From positions 1 through 34,746 of IMG/VR virus record IMGVR_UViG_3300013126_000116: DNA of 34,746 bases. The stretch is one strand, 5' to 3'. A program made the translations under genes and the position numbers. Source of the DNA: a virus (Duplodnaviria; Caudoviricetes). Positions 1-9,119 of this stretch are shown here, one piece after another (the first letter of the stretch is position 1; each line of letters opens with the position of its first letter). The notes under the pieces were generated by a model. It was not told the origin of the DNA. It ran no database searches and saw only the letters and a program-made list of their open reading frames with translations.

Positions 1-386
1 CCAGAAGACTTGTATTTACCTTTAACTTCGTCTTTAAGACCGAAAGGACTGTCTTGTTTATTTGCTTTAGGCATTTTACCGTCTTTTTTTACGGCTTCAG
101 CACTTTTAGCTGTTTCTCTTACTCCAGGTTTTTTACCAGATCCATATTCACCTACCATTTTAATGGTTTCGTTTACTAACATGTTAGTGTAAAAATTAGG
201 ATCTTTTTTAAGATTTTTCAAAACTTTGCTTTGGGCTTCTTTAATAGTATCAACATTAATGGTTTTACCAGAAGTTGTAATTTCATAGTCCATTCCATTT
301 TCAAATTCGTAGATATTAACTTTATCTATATCACGAACTACAGGAAGAGTATACTTATCAAAGTAAGATTTATTAGGATTACTCAT
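1..386 (-). CDS. Hypothetical protein, runs off the window edge (probably head-associated)
   Basis: Not in the ORF track. ATG at 386 opens a stop-free frame to the edge (MSNPNKSYFDKYTLPVVRDIDKVNIYEFENGMDYE...KVLKNLKKDPNFYTNMLVNE...). An ATATTTAT motif lies 4 nt upstream. Confidence 0.8.
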   Translation of the reverse strand, partial: MSNPNKSYFDKYTLPVVRDIDKVNIYEFENGMDYEITTSGKTINVDTIKEAQSKVLKNLKKDPNFYTNMLVNETIKMVGEYGSGKKPGVRETAKSAEAVKKDGKMPKANKQDSPFGLKDEVKGKYKSS

Positions 387-390
387 GGTA

Positions 391-398
391 ATAAATAT
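391..398 (-). promoter_or_regulatory. ATATTTAT motif (putative late promoter)
   Basis: In the short intergenic gap, 4 nt before the ATG at 386; the same 8-mer recurs before many other starts. Confidence 0.55.
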
Positions 399-401
399 GT
401 A

Positions 402-548
402 TTATCCTTGTCCTACGTATCTTTTTACGTAATTTTTACTTGATTTTGATTTACTTGCTTTTGTTTTAGCATGAATTCCAGGACGTCTACGTTTAGGTTT
501 TACTTGAAAAACTTTAATCGACGATGTTTTTGTTTTTACCTTTGCCAT
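402..548 (-). CDS. 48-aa highly basic small protein
   Basis: Translated by hand: MAKVKTKTSSIKVFQVKPKRRRPGIHAKTKASKSKSSKNYVKRYVGQG*. 16 K/R and no D/E. Fills the gap between two genes; below the ORF-track cutoff. Confidence 0.75.
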   Translation of the reverse strand: MAKVKTKTSSIKVFQVKPKRRRPGIHAKTKASKSKSSKNYVKRYVGQG

Positions 549-1305
549 TTTCCTTTATTTGTTTTAAGTTTTGATACAACGTTGCGGTTTCTTTGATTAA
601 CTGTTCTAAATAAGCTTCGGTGCGTTTATTATACGCAACATCATTGCTTTCACTTAAATCTTGTCTAAGTTTTTTAGTGTAACCAGCGATTTTGTTTACT
701 TCTTGTAAACGTTTTTTTATTTCTTTAATCGCAACGTGCATCTGTGTAGATGGCTTAACTACTTCAGTTTGTTTTTTAAACTGACTATAACGTGATTCGT
801 TTAATTTTTGTTTATTTACTATAGTATCATAATTAGCCATAGTAAGAGTATTACCTGTTGTGCTTAATTTAATAACGTTTTCAGTAACATTATGAAGATC
901 CATATCTGTTTTAGCATCTTCACGAGCATATTCTAATAAACGAATAAATAAAGGAACATCAGTTTTAATTGTGTCTTTTGGATTAGTAGCTTCTTTTAAG
1001 CCTCCTTTACCAGCCCAAAGATACTTAGCGTCAATCATTTCACTAGGTTTTACTTCTCTGTATCCAATATTTTTATATGCACTTAAGTCTTTAGCACCTG
1101 GTGTGAATACAGAAGGAACTCCTTTACCATTTTTAGGTGGTTTTTGGAATATTTTTTGTTTAGTCTCGTTTTTTGGTTTTTTACCTTGATGTTGGTAACC
1201 AACGCCTGTTTGAAATCCACTAGTAGCACCAGCTCCAGTAGACATTTCTTTTAAGCGTTTTTCAGCAAATTTTTTAATTCTTTCTTTAAGCTGTTTTTTG
1301 TTCAT
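514..1305 (-). CDS. Hypothetical modular protein, probable head internal/core protein
   Basis: 263-aa ORF downstream of portal; segments separated by LKE (aa 18-20, 103-105) and LNE (aa 168-170); coiled-coil-like C-terminus. Confidence 0.7.
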   Translation of the reverse strand: MNKKQLKERIKKFAEKRLKEMSTGAGATSGFQTGVGYQHQGKKPKNETKQKIFQKPPKNGKGVPSVFTPGAKDLSAYKNIGYREVKPSEMIDAKYLWAGKGGLKEATNPKDTIKTDVPLFIRLLEYAREDAKTDMDLHNVTENVIKLSTTGNTLTMANYDTIVNKQKLNESRYSQFKKQTEVVKPSTQMHVAIKEIKKRLQEVNKIAGYTKKLRQDLSESNDVAYNKRTEAYLEQLIKETATLYQNLKQIKENGKGKNKNIVD

Positions 1306-2156
1306 TAAATTACTTTTTTAATTTCGCTTAACAACTCATAATATTGCAACAAATTAATTAAATGTTCTTCTTTAGGAGCTTCATTTTTCTGAATAGGTTT
1401 AATTAACTTGATACCTTCGTTTATTTTAATTTTAGTAACGGGTTCTTGAATTTTTTCTGCAAAACTATTTAAAGTAAGTTTTAAGTAATTATAATGATCG
1501 TTTACTACTTTTTTTAATTTAGCAGAATCATTAATATTATTTATGTATTCTTTTAATATAACTTTTTGTTGAGGAGTAAAATTACTGTATTTATCGTTGA
1601 ATTTTTCTATCAACATTCTATAGGTTAAAATACGAATATCTTTACTTTCTTGTAAAAATTCTTTTATTTCCTCGTTTTCTTTATTAATAATTTCTTTTTG
1701 AGTTAAGTGTTCTAAAAGAGTAATTTTACTATTTACTACTTGTTTAGGATCTGTAAAGTATGGTAAACGATACGATTCTAACAATGTGTAAACACTAGCA
1801 CTAGTTTTATAGTTATTTATTTTATTTCTGAAAAAATTATTTAAGTCGTAATGTTTCTTAATTTCTTTAATTAAGTTATATTTTTCTTTATTTAATTTTT
1901 GTAAATCAAATTTTAAAGCTGACTCAGCAATTGTTTGTAATATAGTTTCTGCTTTACCTTCTGTAAATTTCTCTTGAGTATTTACTAAGTTATAAAGTCT
2001 TTGCTCTTTAGCTAATTCAGTATTCGAAAAATATTTCTTTAAAATCTTTACTGAAGGAGAATCTCCAGTAGTCAAAACGTCATTAGTTACTTGACGAACT
2101 AATAGTTCAAAAATAATTCCAGTATTTTTATACTTTGAATGTTTAATTTGATTCAT
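1305..2156 (-). CDS. Hypothetical alpha-helical protein next to portal (head morphogenesis region)
   Basis: Start moved from 2213 to the ATG at 2156 (MNQIKHSKYKNTGIIFELLVRQ). This removes the overlap with portal and places ATATTTAT 14 nt upstream. Confidence 0.75.
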   Translation of the reverse strand: MNQIKHSKYKNTGIIFELLVRQVTNDVLTTGDSPSVKILKKYFSNTELAKEQRLYNLVNTQEKFTEGKAETILQTIAESALKFDLQKLNKEKYNLIKEIKKHYDLNNFFRNKINNYKTSASVYTLLESYRLPYFTDPKQVVNSKITLLEHLTQKEIINKENEEIKEFLQESKDIRILTYRMLIEKFNDKYSNFTPQQKVILKEYINNINDSAKLKKVVNDHYNYLKLTLNSFAEKIQEPVTKIKINEGIKLIKPIQKNEAPKEEHLINLLQYYELLSEIKKVI

Positions 2157-2170
2157 GTGAAGCTCTAATA

Positions 2171-2178
2171 ATAAATAT
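2171..2178 (-). promoter_or_regulatory. ATATTTAT motif (putative late promoter)
   Basis: Intergenic, 14 nt before the ATG at 2156. Confidence 0.55.
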
Positions 2179-2187
2179 GTATTGGGA

Positions 2188-4122
2188 TTACAAAGGCATA
2201 ATATTGTCTTCACTTAGTAAACCATCGTCGTCTTTACTTTCAAATAAATTGATTTTTCTAGTTTCAGGTTTAGGCATCATGTCAAACATAAATTTATTTT
2301 TGTAGTATTGAGCTTTACTTTCTAAAGCTAAAGGACTACCACCTTTATGATTAGTTTTACCATACTTATCTTCTCCATCGTCTGATGATGAGTATTCTTT
2401 ACGACCTAAAGCATCTTTACCAAATGGACTTTGTTGAGTATCTTTAATACTAGTCTTTTCTTGAGGTCTACCAGGTAATCTTACAATATTAGGCTCATTT
2501 TCATCATATCCCATAGGAACATCAGTTGGAGCATTCGGTACTTGAGTGTATCTTCCTTTACCGTAAATTGTAGCTAATTGGTGTGGTGTTCCATATGCTT
2601 GTCCTGTTTCTGCTGGGTCGTTTCCTTCTTCTTCTACTTGTTTCATTCTAAACAAGCGCTTCTTATCTTCTACTACTAAGTCTCTCAACTCATCAATTTC
2701 ATCTTCACTGAAATGGAATACATTATCATAAATCCAATCACTAGACATCAATCCACTTTCCATAATACTCTTAGCTAATTCAACTTTTTCTTTCAACAAC
2801 GTAATTCGTTCTTGATCATAAATAATTGATGGTGTAGTTAAACTAAGTTCAAAATTTGTCATAGCTTCACCGTCATATCCCTGAGTATACAAGTGAACTA
2901 GTGCAATTTTGGTTAATTCACTTACTAAGATTCTTTGAATTCGTTCAATTGTGCGAGCAAAACGAATATCTTCAGCGGCTAACGTTGCTTTACCAGTTAA
3001 GTCTTTTTCATAACCCATAAACGCTTTAGGAACTTTAAGAGCAGCAAATAATTTTTCTCTTAAGTATTCTACGTCTTTAATTCCGTCGTATTCTAAACCT
3101 TTTACAGAATCAATTTTAGTTGTTGTGTCATTACCTCTTACAGGAATATAATAATCTTCCAACATATTCATTACGTTGTATTTTAAATTATATTGGCCTG
3201 TTTTATCGTCAATAAATGGAGTTTTTTTCAATTTAGACACCATTTTTTGCATGTAGTTTTCTACTTCGTTTGGAGGAATTGATCCAATATTGATGTAAAA
3301 TAAACGACGATCTGGGGCACGAGTAATACGATGAATTAACATCGCATCTTCCATCAAAATATACTGTTTAAATAATTTACGAGCTGGTTCTAAATAACTT
3401 CTACCGTATGGAAGATAATTAAGATCACTCAATAATCTAAAGTGAGCCATTTCATAATTTTCAAAATAAAATGCGTTTTCATCTTTTTGTCCTCCACCAT
3501 AGCTTGCCCATCCTCCAGCTGTTGTTCCGTAACCAGCAGCTGCTGCTGCATCATATTTAAATCTTACATAAGATGGATTTTTTGGATCCATTCCTTCTTC
3601 TCTTAAAATATTAAAAGCTGAGAATGGAATTACTTGATATACTCCAAATTTTTCAGCAATTTCTAGTTTTAAGAAAAAATCACCATACTTACACATATTT
3701 CTTGTCCATGACCATAAGTTAAACTCAATGTTTAACACATCATAAAACAAGTTATACAATATTTTTTGAATATTTTCGTCTGCACTACGAATATGAAGCA
3801 TTTCTCCAGATTCGTTTCTTAAAGTACATTCATCTGCTATAATATCTAACGCACTACTTACAATAGCATCAGTATCCATTGCTTCATAATCACTGTAAAG
3901 TTGAGGACGAAGTGATGGATAGTTAATAGCCATCTGTCCAGCATAAGCTGCAATTCCAGATGTTGTATAAATTCTACTAAATCTATCTACAACAGAGTTG
4001 GTTGCTAATACCCCAGTTGTTTGAATATTATTTGTATCTAGTATTTTTAGTTCGTCTCCTCCTACATTTCTAATGATAACATCAGAACTAAAAAGTCGTT
4101 TTAAATTGTCAAATATAGCCAT
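2188..4122 (-). CDS. gp20: Portal protein, T4 gp20-like
   Basis: Gp20-family motifs: YEAMD..A.V..ALDIIADE, LMEDAMLIHRITRAPDRRLFYINIG, NMLEDYYIPVRG, IKDVEYLREKLFAALKVPK, EDIRFARTIERIQ. Adjacent to terminase. Confidence 0.95.
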   Translation of the reverse strand: MAIFDNLKRLFSSDVIIRNVGGDELKILDTNNIQTTGVLATNSVVDRFSRIYTTSGIAAYAGQMAINYPSLRPQLYSDYEAMDTDAIVSSALDIIADECTLRNESGEMLHIRSADENIQKILYNLFYDVLNIEFNLWSWTRNMCKYGDFFLKLEIAEKFGVYQVIPFSAFNILREEGMDPKNPSYVRFKYDAAAAAGYGTTAGGWASYGGGQKDENAFYFENYEMAHFRLLSDLNYLPYGRSYLEPARKLFKQYILMEDAMLIHRITRAPDRRLFYINIGSIPPNEVENYMQKMVSKLKKTPFIDDKTGQYNLKYNVMNMLEDYYIPVRGNDTTTKIDSVKGLEYDGIKDVEYLREKLFAALKVPKAFMGYEKDLTGKATLAAEDIRFARTIERIQRILVSELTKIALVHLYTQGYDGEAMTNFELSLTTPSIIYDQERITLLKEKVELAKSIMESGLMSSDWIYDNVFHFSEDEIDELRDLVVEDKKRLFRMKQVEEEGNDPAETGQAYGTPHQLATIYGKGRYTQVPNAPTDVPMGYDENEPNIVRLPGRPQEKTSIKDTQQSPFGKDALGRKEYSSSDDGEDKYGKTNHKGGSPLALESKAQYYKNKFMFDMMPKPETRKINLFESKDDDGLLSEDNIMPL

Positions 4123-4136
4123 TCTATTGTATGATA

Positions 4137-4144
4137 ATAAATAT
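4137..4144 (-). promoter_or_regulatory. ATATTTAT motif (putative late promoter)
   Basis: Intergenic, 14 nt before the portal ATG. Confidence 0.55.
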
Positions 4145-4146
4145 TA

Positions 4147-5775
4147 TTAAATTAACCAAGTTAAATCCATCATTTGTCCATTACCCATATCCATCTTCCA
4201 CTGATCAGGAATTCCATTTCCTCCTCCTATTCCTCTATAACTACCACCTTGATATACACCAGATCCTACAGACATTGTTGTTTTTCCAAAATTTTCTAAA
4301 CTTGCTATAGTTAACTGATCTCCAGTTTGTTTATATTTAAGACTTGTGTCTCTTAAAAACATACAAATGCCTAAAGCCATTACTAAGTCATCATTATAAC
4401 CATCTTGTGCTTGGGCTTTACCATGTTTCCAAATAAACGTTCTTAATTCTTCTAAAGTACGTTTACTTTGAATAGTTACACTTTTTTCATGTAAATAACT
4501 AATCATTTTACCAATAACTAATGGACGAGTACGTAAAGTTGTACTAAAACCAGGTACCATACCTTGTCCTGAGTCAAATTTATTTAAATACATGTCTACA
4601 TTAGTAAGAGCTGCATCTTGACGTGGGCTATAATACATGTTTGGATATCCTCTTTCAATAGCTGTTTGAACTACGTCCCATCCTACGTTAGCATTTTCAA
4701 TTACCAATAAAGCATTGTTGTATTCGCTAGCTATACCCACTAAAAAGTGACCATAATCACGAGTTCCTATTTGTCCTTTATATTCTGCTACTTGTGTATT
4801 AGTTTCTATGTCAAAAACATGGAAAGCACTGTAGTCTTTTCCGTCTCCTCGAGCACAGTCAGCAACTACCGCATACATTTTAGAATAATCTGGTCTTTCA
4901 AATACCCAAAGATTACCATCTAAACCTCTACGTTCTAAAGGTTCTTTTGCTTGAATTAAATACCAGTTTAAAATAGTAGGATCAATAGCTGTGTCTCCAG
5001 ATGTTGTAAAATCACAATCACATTCTTGAGCTGCCATTCTAGGTCCTAAATCTATATCTTGTTGATCTCTCCAAGCTTGATCTCGTTCAGGATGCACATC
5101 CCATGGTAATTTAATTGGAAGAAAACTATTCTTATCTTCTTCTGCTTTAACCCAAGTTCTATGGAACCAGTTTCCAGTACCATATGGGGTAGATATAGCA
5201 ATACACCCACCACCTGTTGCGAGGGTTTGTTGGGCTGATACGAATACTTCTTCAATATTATCAATGAACGCGGCCTCGTCAATGAGTAATAAAGATACGG
5301 CTTCACTTCGCGCACTATCACTAGCAGCTGACACGGCTTTCATTTGACTACCATTTGATAATCGTATACTTAATTTGTTGTTTTCTAAAGATTTAATTTT
5401 CATCCAACTAGGTAAATTATCATATCCAAATTTTACTTTAGTTACCATGTTTTTGGCTGTTTCTGTTTTAGTAGCAATACATAATATGTTTTTATCTGTA
5501 TTAAAAAGCATAAGCCATAAAGCATATGCTGAGCTTAATGTACTGATGCCTAACTGGCGAGATTTGTTTATTATATTAAATTTATTTTTTAAAAATAATC
5601 GTAATACACTTTCTTGAAACGGATACAAATTAAAATGAACTCTACCTTTAGTAGGGTGTTGAATCATGTAGTATTTTTTACAAAAATAAACAGGATCTTG
5701 TTTACACCTAATAAGTTCTTGTTGAATAGCTTCTTTTATAGAAAGCTGTTTTGGAACATCGTTTAATTCACTCAT
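4147..5775 (-). CDS. terL: Terminase large subunit, T4 gp17-like
   Basis: Q-motif LYPFQ, Walker A-like KSRQLGIST, Walker B LLLIDEAAF, ISTPYG coupling motif, and nuclease domain motifs (VADCARGDGKDYSA, IENANVG, NDDLVMAL). Confidence 0.96.
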   Translation of the reverse strand: MSELNDVPKQLSIKEAIQQELIRCKQDPVYFCKKYYMIQHPTKGRVHFNLYPFQESVLRLFLKNKFNIINKSRQLGISTLSSAYALWLMLFNTDKNILCIATKTETAKNMVTKVKFGYDNLPSWMKIKSLENNKLSIRLSNGSQMKAVSAASDSARSEAVSLLLIDEAAFIDNIEEVFVSAQQTLATGGGCIAISTPYGTGNWFHRTWVKAEEDKNSFLPIKLPWDVHPERDQAWRDQQDIDLGPRMAAQECDCDFTTSGDTAIDPTILNWYLIQAKEPLERRGLDGNLWVFERPDYSKMYAVVADCARGDGKDYSAFHVFDIETNTQVAEYKGQIGTRDYGHFLVGIASEYNNALLVIENANVGWDVVQTAIERGYPNMYYSPRQDAALTNVDMYLNKFDSGQGMVPGFSTTLRTRPLVIGKMISYLHEKSVTIQSKRTLEELRTFIWKHGKAQAQDGYNDDLVMALGICMFLRDTSLKYKQTGDQLTIASLENFGKTTMSVGSGVYQGGSYRGIGGGNGIPDQWKMDMGNGQMMDLTWLI

Positions 5776-6185
5776 AACAATACTATTAAAAATATACTAA
5801 CAGCTGCTACTAAGCCTGTGAGTATGTATGATTTATTTAATTTAGTTTGTAAATCACTTACTTGATTTTCTTTTTCTTTTATTACTCCTTTATAATTGTT
5901 AACTATACTATCTTGTCTAGTTTCATTCTTTTTATATAGAGCAATTTGAACGTCACTAACTTTTATTGTAGAATCTTGAGATTTAATTATTTTACTTTGA
6001 GTTTTAACAGTATCTCTACAAACAATAAGTTGGTTTTGTAAATAGTCTCTTTCTATTTTTACCTCTAATGCTTTTCGTAAAGCAGAAACAGGCACTACTA
6101 CATTAGTATCACTTGAAAGTTTTTGTGAACTTACTGGCAATGTCAGCATTAGACATACCATTAAGACGATTACGTTCTTCTTCAT
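5772..6185 (-). CDS. Exported coiled-coil protein with C-terminal TM helix (outer-spanin-like position)
   Basis: N-terminal signal-peptide-like stretch, heptad-rich middle, C-terminal hydrophobic helix ILTGLVAAVSIFLIVLL. Overlaps the upstream membrane gene by 77 nt. Confidence 0.5.
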   Translation of the reverse strand: MKKNVIVLMVCLMLTLPVSSQKLSSDTNVVVPVSALRKALEVKIERDYLQNQLIVCRDTVKTQSKIIKSQDSTIKVSDVQIALYKKNETRQDSIVNNYKGVIKEKENQVSDLQTKLNKSYILTGLVAAVSIFLIVLL

Positions 6186-6450
6186 ATTGTTCTTTATATT
6201 CTGCTGCTCTTTTAGCGGCGGCTTCTAAGTCTTTTTTGTCTTTTGCTATTTGAGCTGCTAAAGCATTTTTTACTGAGTCTAAACTAGCAATGTATTGTTT
6301 ATCTTTTGCTATTTCTTTATTTAAACTGTCTATAGTATTGTAATACTGTTGCTCTTTATTATTAGAATAACGTGGAGTTGGTTTATGAAACCAAAAATAC
6401 AACACAACTATTATAATTAATAAACCTACAACCGTTGATATTGTTTTCAT
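6109..6450 (-). CDS. Membrane-anchored coiled-coil protein (i-spanin-like)
   Basis: Single N-terminal TM (VVGLLIIIVVLYFWF) followed by a long charged coiled coil. Confidence 0.55.
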   Translation of the reverse strand: MKTISTVVGLLIIIVVLYFWFHKPTPRYSNNKEQQYYNTIDSLNKEIAKDKQYIASLDSVKNALAAQIAKDKKDLEAAAKRAAEYKEQYEEERNRLNGMSNADIASKFTKTFK

Positions 6451-6451
6451 A

Positions 6452-6937
6452 TTACAATCCTAAATCAGACATCGTCTTAAGATCATCATTTACATCAAAA
6501 TCTTCTTCTTCTAATGATGATCTCCATGTATCAAATTCACTTCTCATAGATTCTTCAGGACTTTTAAATCTTGACATAACATCGTTATCAGCAAATACTC
6601 CGGATGTACCTCTACCATCGTCAAATAAATGATATGTTGTTCCTTTAATGTCTTTAGCAATACCTTTATATTTCATGTATATTCTTCCTGATTCTCCTGA
6701 TCCAGGTCTGCCACCTACATAAACATATTCTTTACCTACCACTAAATTTGAAGGATCTACTTCATTTAAATTTTCTTCTTTAAGTTTAACGTCAGTATCT
6801 TTTAGTTTCATTTCACCAAAAGCATGTTTTTTAAATGGTACGGCTTCTTGTACGTCTTCTACCTCATTTATTGGTTGGGGTTTGAAAGCTTGTACCATTC
6901 TTCTAAATAAATCGTTTGAAAAATTAATATTATCCAT
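6452..6937 (-). CDS. Acidic hypothetical protein with several [LIV]xE sites (probable processed head protein)
   Basis: 161 aa; INE, VQE, LKE and LNE precede a small beta-rich domain (LVVGKEYVYV...YKG...YHLF); own ATATTTAT motif. Confidence 0.65.
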   Translation of the reverse strand: MDNINFSNDLFRRMVQAFKPQPINEVEDVQEAVPFKKHAFGEMKLKDTDVKLKEENLNEVDPSNLVVGKEYVYVGGRPGSGESGRIYMKYKGIAKDIKGTTYHLFDDGRGTSGVFADNDVMSRFKSPEESMRSEFDTWRSSLEEEDFDVNDDLKTMSDLGL

Positions 6938-6939
6938 AT

Positions 6940-7470
6940 TTACGTTTTATTATAAATATGATCAATAATCATTTTTACGCGATTTTCAGTTGAACCACTT
7001 ATTTTTAATAAATTTTTAGGAGGATATCTTTCAAGTAAATTTTGAATTTGATAATCAATTTGGTCTCTATAATCACTGTTTGTTTCTCGTACTCCGTTAT
7101 TTTCAATACTTACACCTTCCGGACTAACATAAATAACAAGATCATACTCATCTTTTAAATACATTGCTGCATGTTCAAAATCATACTTTTGATGATCAGG
7201 AATACTTTGTGCTAATGCTGTAAATGCACAAACATCCCAAATAGTTCTATCTGTGAGAACTCTAGACATCATAAGCTCTGCACTTCTTTCTGCTAAAAAT
7301 ACAAATTGTCCTTTTAAAGTTGAATCAGTATTCAAAGGAATACCCATATTCATTAAGTATTTACTTCTTTCTGTAGCAGTTTGATAATGAGCAAAGTGAA
7401 AATCTGCTCTTAAAGCATTTACTAACGTAGTTTTACCTACACTCATTGTACCTGTTAATCCTATTTTCAT
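6940..7470 (-). CDS. P-loop NTPase/kinase, AAA_28 (NadR C-terminal-like) family
   Basis: MKIGLTGTMSVGKTTL Walker A at the N-terminus, VLTDRT Walker B region, YDLVIY and ENNGVRE lid-type motif. Confidence 0.8.
   Translation of the reverse strand: MKIGLTGTMSVGKTTLVNALRADFHFAHYQTATERSKYLMNMGIPLNTDSTLKGQFVFLAERSAELMMSRVLTDRTIWDVCAFTALAQSIPDHQKYDFEHAAMYLKDEYDLVIYVSPEGVSIENNGVRETNSDYRDQIDYQIQNLLERYPPKNLLKISGSTENRVKMIIDHIYNKT
6952..6959 (-). promoter_or_regulatory. ATATTTAT motif (putative late promoter)
   Basis: Within the 3' end of the upstream gene, 14 nt before the ATG at 6937. Confidence 0.5.
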
Positions 7471-7471
7471 A

Positions 7472-7714
7472 TTATCTCATTGATTGTTCGTAACGTGGAT
7501 CTTTTGATGGTGGAATGCCATTAAAGTCTCTTTTAGCTTCTTCCCACTGTTCTTTAGTCTTTTGTTCTCCAAAAATGTAATATTCTGGTTTTTGTTTTTG
7601 ATCTTTTGGGTAAATCAACGCAGGACCATCCCAATTGTGTAATACTCTACGTTCATCGTTGTTGAAGTAATGAATAACTTTACCATCAACGGTTTTCATC
7701 TTAATTGTTTGCAT
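7472..7714 (-). CDS. Hypothetical protein with an LHxxDGPA motif
   Basis: 80 aa; LHNWDGPALI...EYYIFG matches a repeat unit I recall from phage hypothetical proteins. Confidence 0.7.
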   Translation of the reverse strand: MQTIKMKTVDGKVIHYFNNDERRVLHNWDGPALIYPKDQKQKPEYYIFGEQKTKEQWEEAKRDFNGIPPSKDPRYEQSMR

Positions 7715-7731
7715 AACTTATTGTATATAGT

Positions 7732-9081
7732 TTAAATAAAAAGTGTTAAATCTCCATCATACCATACATCTTCTAGATAGTATTTGTCGTTAAGTAAAGA
7801 CTCAGCAACATAAATACCTTGTGCACCACTTACTGTAATTCCTCTTGATGATAATGCATCTCCTACAAAATAAACATTTGGATATTTAGTAAGACTCAAA
7901 TTTTTATAATTAACAAGTGGTTCAGGTGAAAGATATTTTACTTCAGGTACATAAACTCCCCAATCATCACCAAAATCAAATACTTTATTCATGTCATCAA
8001 TGAAATTTTTAATGTAAGTCCAATACTCACCCATAGCTTCTTCAATTTGTGATGTTTCTACAACTGGATAACTATTAACCATTTCACCTTCTGATGTGAT
8101 TCCTGCTACTCTTGATGGGCTGTAATATAATCCCGTTCCATCTTTTTGTAATTTAGACACAACATTACGACTCCACTCAAATGGATTTTCAATTCCTTTG
8201 ATTTCCATAATAATACCAAAGTTAGTCATATTGTTTCTGTATTCTTCACCTTTTTTAGCATGACCATTATAAGTAATGTCACCATAAGTTTCTTCTACAG
8301 CAACATAAGCAGCGTTATTATTAGTACAGAATGAACGTAAACTAACATCATCAAACTTTTGATATAACTTAAAATCATAACTTACATCAATCAATTTTTG
8401 AAAATAATGTTGTGGTGCTTCAAATCGAACTCCAATCTGGACTGATTTAGGTTCGTCTGGTAGTTGGTATTGATTAGCTAATTGTTGAGCAAAATCAATT
8501 CCTGATTTGCCTACTGCAAATATAAGTTCATCATATTCAAACGAATGTTCTAGATCAGATTGTGGTACTATTACAGTTCCTATTTGATTTTCAAAGTCAA
8601 TAGCTGTTACTTTGGCTTCCCATTCAAATTTAACACCTTTTTCTTGTAAATAAGTATACCAATTTTTAGCAATTTCATGAAGATAATTACTACCAATATG
8701 ATACACAGGAAACATTCTTAAACCGAAATATGGTTTAATAAATTCAGGTTCTTCTTGAGGATTAGACAAATAAATTTCTGCTTCTTTAGGATGAAAACGT
8801 CTAAAATTTTCTATAACTTGATCCATCAAATCCATAGCTTTTTCTTCACCACAGTATTTTGATAATTGACCTCCAATTGCTGTGTGGTAAGTTAATTTAC
8901 CATCACTCCATCCTCCAGCTCCTAACATTCCTTCCATTACTTCTTCAGGAAGTCTGTTGTGAGGATCTTTACCCATATCAATAATAGTAATATCTCCTCC
9001 AGGATAACCATTATCTACCAATTTAGTTGCTGCATTGATGCCTGCAACACCTGCTCCTACAATAACTATTTTCATGCTCAT
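7732..9081 (-). CDS. FAD-dependent oxidoreductase (uncharacterised dehydrogenase, COG2509-like)
   Basis: Rossmann motif IVIVGAGVAG, GAGGWSDGKL, FAVGKSG, IGVRFE, RSFC, YNGHA, and C-terminal NVYFVGD...GI. Confidence 0.88.
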   Translation of the reverse strand: MSMKIVIVGAGVAGINAATKLVDNGYPGGDITIIDMGKDPHNRLPEEVMEGMLGAGGWSDGKLTYHTAIGGQLSKYCGEEKAMDLMDQVIENFRRFHPKEAEIYLSNPQEEPEFIKPYFGLRMFPVYHIGSNYLHEIAKNWYTYLQEKGVKFEWEAKVTAIDFENQIGTVIVPQSDLEHSFEYDELIFAVGKSGIDFAQQLANQYQLPDEPKSVQIGVRFEAPQHYFQKLIDVSYDFKLYQKFDDVSLRSFCTNNNAAYVAVEETYGDITYNGHAKKGEEYRNNMTNFGIIMEIKGIENPFEWSRNVVSKLQKDGTGLYYSPSRVAGITSEGEMVNSYPVVETSQIEEAMGEYWTYIKNFIDDMNKVFDFGDDWGVYVPEVKYLSPEPLVNYKNLSLTKYPNVYFVGDALSSRGITVSGAQGIYVAESLLNDKYYLEDVWYDGDLTLFI

Positions 9082-9092
9082 AACTAAAATAT

Positions 9093-9119
9093 TATAATAA
9101 ATTATTTATATTAAACCAA
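9093..9119 (-). promoter_or_regulatory. TTGG-N14-TTTATTATA motif (putative host-sigma early/middle promoter)
   Basis: Minus strand TTGGTTTAATATAAATAATTTATTATA upstream of the FAD oxidoreductase; same spacing as the copies at 16187 and 21662. Confidence 0.55.

Noticed and set aside
2157-2213. N-terminal extension of the 302-aa ORF (start 2213)
   Set aside because: It overlaps the portal end and spans the ATATTTAT motif; the ATG at 2156 is more plausible.
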